From the NCBI GenBank assembly GCA_018304465.1, contig JAGVWC010000004.1, positions 1 through 46,643 on the forward strand: a DNA stretch of 46,643 bases, read 5' to 3'. The translations under genes and the position numbers were made by a program. This document shows positions 1-7,221 of the stretch, one piece after another. The notes under the pieces were generated by a model that was not told the DNA's origin, did not search any database, and was given only the letters and a program-made list of their open reading frames with translations. The stretch's first letter is position 1. Every line of letters begins with the position of its first letter. Source of the DNA: Candidatus Iainarchaeum sp. GTDB taxonomy: Archaea; Iainarchaeota; Iainarchaeia; Iainarchaeales; JAGVWC01.

Positions 1-590
1 ATGCGGTTAAGTATACATTATACGGTAAGCCTACGTAGGCATTTTTTTTAAAATCGTTAAAAATCGATATCGGAATTTTTAGGGTATTTCACAAAGAGTT
101 TTGGAAAAAACAATGGGGGGTGGCAATCGAATGCGGGGTGGAAGGATGGCACGACGGCAAGTAAGTTATGTATACAACTACTGGGTTTTGGAATACGCTT
201 TTTCGGTGAGAGATCCCTGCCAACGGTTCTTTTTTTCTTCCCCTCCTGTTTTTCCGTTCCCTGGGGTCTCGGGTGTTTTGGCCAAAAAGTATCCTGAAAA
301 GGCTCTTAAACCACTGGATTTTCCCGCCTCTCTGTATTTGGAAGAATAAACACCCTTCGCAACTCGGGGTATATTCCCTGCGTGTGCGATAGACCCTTTT
401 CCTCGTGGTTTTCTTCTTTTTTCGAATTTAACCTGATCTTGTATCCGTTTAGTCCGTCATGGGGTTTACTGATGCCGTTTCGGACCCTGCGTCCCACCCG
501 GTGGATTTTGGAGGTTCTGGGGGCGGGTTTTTGCGCCCACAACAATTAGTTATGTATAATATAGCTACATAATATCCTTTTTACCGCCAT

Positions 591-598
591 GTTTAAAT
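591..598 (+). promoter_or_regulatory. Putative archaeal TATA box for the GGDEF gene (probably a leaderless transcript)
   Basis: GTTTAAAT lies about 23 nt upstream of the ATG at 621, and there is no RBS. Confidence 0.45.
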
Positions 599-620
599 CC
601 CACAAAATCCACTTATTTCC

Positions 621-1511
621 ATGCAATCCCGTCATTTGAAAACGCCTCCCAAAAAACCCCTGGGAAGCGTCCAGCGTTTGCACCGGATTCGCCGCCAACT
701 AAAACGAGCGCCTCCGGCGGTAGGGTCCATTACGGCGTTGTCCAAAGGGCTGGAGCGGTTACACGCGGCATCGTCTCGCGGATTGCGTCGTCAAGAAGCT
801 GAAGTTCGCCGGAAAAATCGATTGCGAGACGGGGGTGTTACGCGTCTTGATTTGGATTTGCTGAGCGCGATTCGACGCAAAGGACATCATTTGATGGCGC
901 CGCGTATTCATCAATTGAGTGAATTGGCGACCAAAGACCCGAAATTTAAAGCATTGTACACGCTTCCCGCGTTTCGAGAAAAAGCCCTGGCCGCGTTTGG
1001 CGGTTCGTCCAGGTCCGGTTCAGGTTCGTCGCGGTGCCTGATCATGGTGGATGTGGATCATTTCAAGGCTTTCAATGATTTGCTCGGGCATGACGCGGGA
1101 GACCAGGTTCTTTCGGAATTCAGCCAAGTGTTGGCCCAACACGCCGAACAAAACCACGGGTTTGCTGGGCGTCACGGAGGCGAAGAATTCCTCGTGTTTG
1201 CTCCGGTTTCACAGGCCCGCGCGATTTCCATGATGGCCGCCGTGCGACGCGATTTGTCTAGCTGGTTTTCGACCGTTTTGGCGCACCGGGTTCGTACGAT
1301 TGATCCCCGCAAGTCCAAAAAGCTTCGTTCGTTGATGCGGTTCATTTCAAATCACCAAATGCCCTTTAGTGCGGGAATGGCGATTCGAAAACCACATGAA
1401 TCATACGACGCGATCGAAAAAAGATCGGATCAATTGTTGTACATGGCCAAACAAACCCGAAACGCGATGATGATCGGTGGCCAAAAAGCTTCGCGCCGAT
1501 TGCTGTTTTAA
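621..1511 (+). CDS. GGDEF-domain diguanylate cyclase with a basic N-terminal extension
   Basis: Canonical motifs IMVDVDHFKAFNDLLGHDAGDQVL, AGRHGGEEF, FSAG and SDQLLYMAKQTRN. No RxxD I-site precedes GGEEF, and no sensor domain or TM segment is visible. Confidence 0.92.
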   Translation: MQSRHLKTPPKKPLGSVQRLHRIRRQLKRAPPAVGSITALSKGLERLHAASSRGLRRQEAEVRRKNRLRDGGVTRLDLDLLSAIRRKGHHLMAPRIHQLSELATKDPKFKALYTLPAFREKALAAFGGSSRSGSGSSRCLIMVDVDHFKAFNDLLGHDAGDQVLSEFSQVLAQHAEQNHGFAGRHGGEEFLVFAPVSQARAISMMAAVRRDLSSWFSTVLAHRVRTIDPRKSKKLRSLMRFISNHQMPFSAGMAIRKPHESYDAIEKRSDQLLYMAKQTRNAMMIGGQKASRRLLF

Positions 1512-1910
1512 CTATAGGTCGTCGTCTTCGACCAGCAATGGAATATGAGTTCTTTTTCCTTTCCGCGGCGGGACTTTTTTTGGCAATTTTCCCCAACTCG
1601 TCGCCAAACGACTTTTTCGCGGGCTTCGGACAAACACTTTGTTCCCGTCAGACCATTGCCATTGTTCGAACACCGAAACGCGCTGGTTGTTGTAGCGGGC
1701 CTGGACCCGTCGGTCGCCTTGTATTCGTCTTCCGGCGTTATCATTATGGGGCCGTCGGTCCGTTACGCGGATTCTGCGTTCGGGTCCTTCGTATGGCATG
1801 CTAGGCGGAACGGGAACCATTTTGCCGTAGTGTCGCCAGCGGTACCCGCTTTTTTTGACGCGAATGATCCCGGTTCTTTTCGGAGCTTGGCGTGGTTTTA
1901 CGTTCGGCAT
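1512..1910 (-). CDS. Basic small protein with YEGPERR...DRR...GRR...DRR arginine repeats (candidate c-di-GMP binder)
   Basis: ATG start with a TATA-like TTTTTATT about 30 nt upstream. Its stop directly abuts the GGDEF stop. The motif is at residues 40-68. Confidence 0.65.
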   Translation of the reverse strand: MPNVKPRQAPKRTGIIRVKKSGYRWRHYGKMVPVPPSMPYEGPERRIRVTDRRPHNDNAGRRIQGDRRVQARYNNQRVSVFEQWQWSDGNKVFVRSPRKSRLATSWGKLPKKVPPRKGKRTHIPLLVEDDDL

Positions 1911-1955
1911 AGGGGATACTCATTATTTTGGAGGAAACCGGAATAAAAACATTGG

Positions 1956-3215
1956 TTATTCCTGTGGTTTTTGAGTGGCGTTCTGGGGTTTGGGGGCCGC
2001 TGGCCAGTACGGTTTGGTGAATCGGTACAACGTATAGATCCCGAACAAAAATAATACCATGAGAATGATGTACGTGGACACCAGAATCGGTGGTCGGGGG
2101 TGAAGCAAGTGCGTGTCCAATAACAGCCGGACCAGTCGGCTTCGAAGGTCATCGGTGTTGGACTCGAATTGTTCTTCGGGCAACGTGACGCTTTCCCGGG
2201 TTAACTCATGGATCTGTGCCTGGATGTCGTTCCATTTTCGTTCCGCGTCCGACGTATCCGCGTTCTCTTTTTTTTTCGATTCGATCAGGTCCGCGGCTTC
2301 TTTTAATCGGCGGTTAAGTTCCTCAAGCACCTTGGACCGGTACTCTGACAGCAAGGGAATTTCAAACGACGCGAACGCGCTGGCTTTTTGGGCGCCAAAA
2401 CTGATTTCGGCTTTAAGCAGGTAGTCTCCGGATGGCGCGGTTTTTGGCAGCGGCAACTGGACATTGATGCGAAGCGGTTTGTCGGAGGGAATGAACAAAC
2501 TGGTGGATTGACTGCTGATGTTTCGGCCAAGGGCATCTTCGACCCAATAGGTGAGCACGAGATCGTCTTCGATCTGACCTTTGTTATGTAGCAATATCAG
2601 GATGTTTTGATCTTCGCCGGGCCGCATTACGTATTTCAAATCTTCGATCGCGATGTCAAACAAAAACTCGGCGGTAATCGTCACGACGCCTGCCCGCGAG
2701 CTGAGCACCTTGTTTTCATCTCTATCCAATAACTCCGCGATCACGTAAAGCCTTCCCGCCTGGGTCGCGTTCCAATCGTCAAACACGAAAATCGTTTCGC
2801 CTTTATGCACCTTGTTTTTTTGAACCGGGTACGTGAAAACGGTTTGCCCGTTTTTCTCGAGGCGCAACCGTAACGCCAGTTCGGTTTCCACGTTCGAATT
2901 GTTTTTGACGATCACGTTGATCATCGGAGAGTCACCCAAAACCGCGTCAAACGCCTGGAGTTCAAGGCTGTATCCTCCCACCACGGGCGGTGGAAGCGGG
3001 GATCCGCCTCCGCCGGGTGAAGGCGCTTCCGGCGTCACGGGGGGTGCGATGGTGCATCCTTCATCAATGACGCCATCACAATTATCGTCAATTCCGTTGT
3101 AACACGTTTCCGCGTAATGACACACCACGAACGTCACATTGATCGGTTCGTTTAAACTCGCGTGAACGCTGATCAGAAATCCGACGAATAGTAGCACGAT
3201 CCACAACGAACGCAT
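1956..3215 (-). CDS. Secreted, C-terminally membrane-anchored Ig-domain protein with a Cys/Asp metal-binding motif (candidate fimbrial anchor)
   Basis: Signal peptide, then N-terminal strand EPINVTFVV, ETCYNGIDDNCDGVIDEGC (MopE-like motif), a Pro/Gly linker, two CARDB-like Ig domains, a coiled coil and a C-terminal TM helix. Confidence 0.8.
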   Translation of the reverse strand: MRSLWIVLLFVGFLISVHASLNEPINVTFVVCHYAETCYNGIDDNCDGVIDEGCTIAPPVTPEAPSPGGGGSPLPPPVVGGYSLELQAFDAVLGDSPMINVIVKNNSNVETELALRLRLEKNGQTVFTYPVQKNKVHKGETIFVFDDWNATQAGRLYVIAELLDRDENKVLSSRAGVVTITAEFLFDIAIEDLKYVMRPGEDQNILILLHNKGQIEDDLVLTYWVEDALGRNISSQSTSLFIPSDKPLRINVQLPLPKTAPSGDYLLKAEISFGAQKASAFASFEIPLLSEYRSKVLEELNRRLKEAADLIESKKKENADTSDAERKWNDIQAQIHELTRESVTLPEEQFESNTDDLRSRLVRLLLDTHLLHPRPPILVSTYIILMVLFLFGIYTLYRFTKPYWPAAPKPQNATQKPQE

Positions 3216-3235
3216 TTTGATCCCGGATGGGTTGA

Positions 3236-3655
3236 TTAGAAAAACAGCGGGTTATCCCAATAAAATACGATCCTTATGGTGCCGTTGTAATCCCCGTCAA
3301 GGGCATTGAAGGGAATCTGTCCCCGGATTACAACCATTTTTTTTTCGTTGGGTCCCATGCGCATGGACACGCTTGGAACCACGGTTAGCCACGGCGCCAG
3401 ATCGCCTTCGGTCACGATTCGCACATACACGGTTTCATTGTACGGATTGGTGACCTCAAAACCGCGTTCCGCCACGCTTCCGGCTAGTCCTTTCCCCATG
3501 TAAAGCGCGTTTCCATCCAGGTTGAATCCCACGCGGTCTCCAACACCTAAAAACACCGGCAAGGAATGAACGGTGCGCGGAATTGACCACACCGCCAAAG
3601 CGAAGCCGATCACAAGTACGATTCCGATCAAAAAAAACAATCGTCGCATAGGCAT
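3236..3655 (-). CDS. Pilin-like/Ig-fold exported protein (minor subunit candidate)
   Basis: N-terminal hydrophobic helix. The pattern LYMGxxxxG...EVTN...GQIP...GDYNGTIRI parallels the layout of the neighbouring pilin-like proteins. Confidence 0.7.
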   Translation of the reverse strand: MPMRRLFFLIGIVLVIGFALAVWSIPRTVHSLPVFLGVGDRVGFNLDGNALYMGKGLAGSVAERGFEVTNPYNETVYVRIVTEGDLAPWLTVVPSVSMRMGPNEKKMVVIRGQIPFNALDGDYNGTIRIVFYWDNPLFF

Positions 3656-3667
3656 TACTACCCGGAT

Positions 3668-4867
3668 TCATTTTTTCTTCAATACCAAGTATCCCAGCGC
3701 GGCAACAACCAACAACAACAACAAAATGACGCCGCCACTGATCATCAACACATTCGGATCCAATTCGGTTTCGGGTTCTTCCGCGTTCACGGGTTCGGTG
3801 GCGGGACGCGTCTTTAGTTCGAGCGGAAACGCTTTGGAAATTATTTTTTCTTCCATGTGAACCACGACATTGAAATCATACGTGTCCGGCGGAACCGAAT
3901 GCGTGTCCAAAAACAAGTCCATGGTGCGGTTTCCCCACGGCGTCATTTCAACGCTTTGACTGGGCACCGTGTTTCGGATCGCGGTTCCGGTTTTGTCAAG
4001 CAAAAACCCCTGCACCCACACGTTTGGAATCGGGCTTCCCCACAAACTGTCGATCTGGGTCTCGACTTTCGTAATTTCTTCGACATATCCTGTCGGAGAA
4101 ATTTTGGTGGGTTCAACCCGAATTTCTCCGATCTTAAAATCCTGCGTGGCTTCAAACGGCTTGTCGCCTCCGAATTCCAGAGTGGCTTTGGCGGTATACA
4201 CGCCGCCTGAAATCTGCGACGGGTTTTCCGCCATCCAATCAAACTCGTCTACTTTGCTTTGCCCTTTGGCGAGCGAAAAATTTCTCGAAGGAAACGATCC
4301 GATGGCCCGACCCTGGGCGTTTCGGACGTCAAAAAAAAGCGTTACATTCAAATCTTCGGATCCAAGATTCGTGCTTCGAACATCAAAAAAAACAGGGTTT
4401 CCTGATTTCACGACATCCAACGCCACGTTTTCCGTTGAAATCGTCGCGCTGGCGAATCGGTACGGAAACGGAATATGCACCCAAAACTGGTGTCCGATCG
4501 CGACCGCGGCGCCGACTTGTCCGCTGCGCGCGCGCCGGTCAATGACTTCACGCGCGACAATCAAGGTTTCGTTTCTCCCATAACTTTCGCTTGACTCCGG
4601 TAACTTGAACGAATACGTGACGTAACGGGTTTCGAACGGATTCAAGTGAAAATTGGTCGGGGAAATCGTCACGTTTTCGGAAAAACCGTTTTCGGCATAC
4701 ATGACAATATCGGCTTCTTTTCCCGAGTTTTCCGTCACGGTTAAGGTGAAACTTCCTTCAAGCCCGGGCCGATAAATCCATTCCACGCGCGCGGGTCCCA
4801 CTGCCAGTCCGAAAAAACCCGGAGAAATCAGCAAAAAAGCAATGAAAACTACGATTTTGGAATCCAT
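3668..4867 (-). CDS. Membrane-anchored PapD/DUF916-like chaperone candidate (three Ig-like domains)
   Basis: Start MDSKIVV at 4867 with a signal peptide. LAVGPARVE...FTLTVTENS...ISPTNFHLNP resembles the N-terminus of PapD/WxL-interacting (DUF916) chaperones. C-terminal TM followed by KKK. Confidence 0.65.
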   Translation of the reverse strand: MDSKIVVFIAFLLISPGFFGLAVGPARVEWIYRPGLEGSFTLTVTENSGKEADIVMYAENGFSENVTISPTNFHLNPFETRYVTYSFKLPESSESYGRNETLIVAREVIDRRARSGQVGAAVAIGHQFWVHIPFPYRFASATISTENVALDVVKSGNPVFFDVRSTNLGSEDLNVTLFFDVRNAQGRAIGSFPSRNFSLAKGQSKVDEFDWMAENPSQISGGVYTAKATLEFGGDKPFEATQDFKIGEIRVEPTKISPTGYVEEITKVETQIDSLWGSPIPNVWVQGFLLDKTGTAIRNTVPSQSVEMTPWGNRTMDLFLDTHSVPPDTYDFNVVVHMEEKIISKAFPLELKTRPATEPVNAEEPETELDPNVLMISGGVILLLLLVVAALGYLVLKKK

Positions 4868-4918
4868 TCGTTCGCCCGTACGTATCCAACGCAACCGAAA
4901 TTAATAAATGTTTTTGAA

Positions 4919-5491
4919 TTAATTCGCGGCTGCCGCTTTAAGCGTAAAAGTCGTCTGAATCAAACCCGCGGGTTGATCCAGCGGCACGAACACGTTCAAA
5001 TCGATGCGAAGGGTATCGTTTGCGGTTTCGAAATTGAATCCTTTCGCAAGACTCGTTCCCGCGGTTCCGGTGTTATAACAATCCCGATACGTGGTGGCCA
5101 CGATCGTGGTCGCGGATCCGCCTTCACTGTTGGCGGCTTTGCAGCCTAAAAAGTTGTGGTCGGAAGGCTTGCTGGTTCCCGTGAAAAAAGCGCTTTCGCT
5201 GTACGCATTCAAATCCACGTCGATGGAACCGTTGTTTTCAACGACGATTCCGGTTCCGCTTTCTGATGTGTTTGAATCTCCGACAAACAAGGTGCCCAAA
5301 TTCAAGTCTTCTCCGGCGGTAATCGTAATCGACGCCGCGCTGACCACCAAAACATTGACGTCCGCGTTGTCAAGCGAAGAAAAAGCAGTCAGGGTTTGCC
5401 GGGGAAACGAAAGCAGTAGATTAAGCACCAGCACCAAGGAAACAAAACCGAATAATCCGATAATGGCTTGTTCTTTTGCGGTAACAGTCAT
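4919..5491 (-). CDS. Pilin-like subunit B (paralog of 5526..6101)
   Basis: N-terminal TM, LTAF motif, strand DVNVLVV, then a beta-rich body with DLNLGTLF, VENNG, a Cys pair and DLNVFVP...G...TFTLKA. Confidence 0.8.
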   Translation of the reverse strand: MTVTAKEQAIIGLFGFVSLVLVLNLLLSFPRQTLTAFSSLDNADVNVLVVSAASITITAGEDLNLGTLFVGDSNTSESGTGIVVENNGSIDVDLNAYSESAFFTGTSKPSDHNFLGCKAANSEGGSATTIVATTYRDCYNTGTAGTSLAKGFNFETANDTLRIDLNVFVPLDQPAGLIQTTFTLKAAAAN

Positions 5492-5950
5492 TCCATCAAA
5501 GCCTTTTTCGTGCCTTGGCCACTCATTAATTGGCGGCCGCTGCTTTAAGCGTCAAAACGGCTTGCACAAGCCCCGCGGGTTGATCCAGCGGCACGAACAC
5601 GTTAAGGTCCACGCGCACGGTATCGTTTGCGGTTTCGAAATTGAATCCTTTACCCAGTGCCGTTCCCGCGGTTCCGGTGTTATAACAATCCCGATACGTG
5701 GACGCAATCACCGTCGTAATCGAACCGCCTTCGCTGTTCGCGATTTTACAACCCAAAAAATTATGGTCGGCGGGTTTACTTGTTCCCGTAAAGAACGCCG
5801 TGGTGCTGTACACATTTAGGTCCACGTCGATGGAACCGTTGTTTTCAACGACGATTCCGGTTCCGCTTTGTGATGTGTTTGAGTCTCCGACAAACAAGGT
5901 GCCCAAATTCAAGTCTTCTCCGGAGGTAATCGTAATCGACGCCGCGCTGA
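4919..5950. repeat. Tandem gene duplication: body of pilin B (~4919-5345) vs body of pilin A (~5526-5950)
   Basis: Long near-identical DNA stretches (e.g. tccacgtcgatggaaccgttgttttcaacgacgattccggttccgcttt in both) with divergent N-termini. Confidence 0.9.
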
Positions 5951-6101
5951 TAATCGTGACATTGACATCGCTGCTTGGCGTTGGAGTCGCGATGATGAAA
6001 CCCGTCAAAAACGGCTGCGTATTAATCAGCAGATTAAATCCAAGCACGACCGCGACAATCACCAGCACCGCGATAATTCCTTTTTCAACCGTTGGATCCA
6101 T
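5526..6101 (-). CDS. Pilin-like subunit A
   Basis: N-terminal TM, LTGF motif, strand DVNVTII; the body is near-identical to 4919..5491. GGAGTGA RBS upstream. Confidence 0.8.
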   Translation of the reverse strand: MDPTVEKGIIAVLVIVAVVLGFNLLINTQPFLTGFIIATPTPSSDVNVTIISAASITITSGEDLNLGTLFVGDSNTSQSGTGIVVENNGSIDVDLNVYSTTAFFTGTSKPADHNFLGCKIANSEGGSITTVIASTYRDCYNTGTAGTALGKGFNFETANDTVRVDLNVFVPLDQPAGLVQAVLTLKAAAAN

Positions 6102-6270
6102 TCGGGATCACTCCTGGTTCCGTTACCGGTTTTTCTTCGGGCAATACGACAAAACTGACGCGCACCGATCCATCGGAGGGCGCGGGGTTGGGTTGACTGT
6201 TCATCACGGTCCAAGTGACGGCCGAGAGCAGCACAACGACTAACAACAATACAATAATCCACTTATTCAC
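6085..6270 (-). CDS. Small membrane protein: TM + linker + single beta-strand (candidate donor-strand anchor/terminator)
   Basis: GTG start with a GAGTGA RBS, MNKWIIVLLLVVVLLSAV TM, then DGSVRVSFVVLP. Its end overlaps the start of pilin A. Confidence 0.7.
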   Translation of the reverse strand: MNKWIIVLLLVVVLLSAVTWTVMNSQPNPAPSDGSVRVSFVVLPEEKPVTEPGVIPNGSNG

Positions 6271-6330
6271 TTTATCACTCTTTTTTGTTATTTCACACTC
6301 TTATTGGTTGTTTCTCTTTTTAATTATTTG

Positions 6331-6338
6331 TATTAAAA
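6331..6338 (-). promoter_or_regulatory. Putative TATA box for the pilin sub-operon
   Basis: TTTTAATA on the minus strand in the AT-rich gap between the adhesin stop (6346) and the GTG at 6270. Confidence 0.4.
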
Positions 6339-6345
6339 CCGCTTA

Positions 6346-7221
6346 TCAGGCTTGTACCGCCGTCATGGTGACGACCGTGGTGCGAACCCCCCCCGGCTCT
6401 CCACCGGGAATCGTTACATTCAAATCCACGCGCACAAGATCCGTGGTGTCTTCATAATTTAACGTGTCAATCGCTCCCGCCGCCACGCCGATCGGCATCT
6501 CAGTATAACTGGACTGGTTTCCGGTCAGGCTCGAACCCGATTCCACGTCAATCACTTTATAGGTAAAATACGTGGAAGTCGTGGTCACTTCCGTGAAAAA
6601 CGTGGTCGCGTCAAAAAGCACGTTCGAATCTACGTTTCCGTTGTTTTCGACCCACAATCCGTTTCGATCGGGTCCTTCCGTGGAATTGGAATCCAACACG
6701 AACAACGTTCCAAGATTCAGGTCGCTGTTGTAAATCACTAGACTCAGAATCGCCTGTGTCAGGAAACCCGGCGAATAATTCCGATCCGTTGAATTTCCCG
6801 CGCCTTGCTGGTCGTTGACTTCGCACCAGATATAATAGTCGCCCGCGTTCCAATCCGAAAGATCGCACATCCGCGCATTGATCATATCCTTGTTTGAATC
6901 CACGTTGGAAAAACACGTATAGGTCTGGGTGTAACCGACATTATCCGTGTCCGCGTAACAACTCGTCTTAAGCGAATTGGCAACATCCGGATCCGACACG
7001 CGCCACACGACATTAAAATCCGTGCTGGCGGCATCGCTTACGCCGTCCGGTTGGATCACGTTGATATCCGGCGGGTTGTTCTGGTTGATCTGAAAGTTGT
7101 GGTCGGAGTAGTCGGTGGTGGTTCCGTTTCGGTCTTGTCCGGTGAGTTTGATGTAGTAGTTTCCGTCGGTGGCTGTGGTGGTGTCCCAGGTGTAGTGGCA
7201 TGTGAATTGGGGTCCTGTTGA
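6346..7221 (-). CDS. Adhesin fragment 4: end of an Ig repeat, an Ig domain and the C-terminal pilin-like domain
   Basis: SDLNLGTLFVLDSN, WVENNGNVD and LNYEDTTDLVRVDLNVTIPGGEPGG...VTMTA match the pilins' EDLNLGTLFVGDSN, VVENNGSID and FNFETANDTVRVDLNVFVPLDQPAG...LTLKA. Confidence 0.85.
   Translation of the reverse strand, partial: STGPQFTCHYTWDTTTATDGNYYIKLTGQDRNGTTTDYSDHNFQINQNNPPDINVIQPDGVSDAASTDFNVVWRVSDPDVANSLKTSCYADTDNVGYTQTYTCFSNVDSNKDMINARMCDLSDWNAGDYYIWCEVNDQQGAGNSTDRNYSPGFLTQAILSLVIYNSDLNLGTLFVLDSNSTEGPDRNGLWVENNGNVDSNVLFDATTFFTEVTTTSTYFTYKVIDVESGSSLTGNQSSYTEMPIGVAAGAIDTLNYEDTTDLVRVDLNVTIPGGEPGGVRTTVVTMTAVQA

Noticed and set aside
101-545. ORFs 101..349 (+) and 306..545 (-)
   Set aside because: TTG starts, no RBS, no recognisable motifs, and they overlap each other; the region is treated as non-coding.
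548-592. dif-like Xer recombination site
   Set aside because: Only a partial TTATGT arm matches, and the spacing does not fit the 11-6-11 layout.
4919-6101. Type IV pilins or archaellins
   Set aside because: No class III signal (K/R-G followed by a hydrophobic stretch with E5), and no assembly ATPase or TadC gene nearby.
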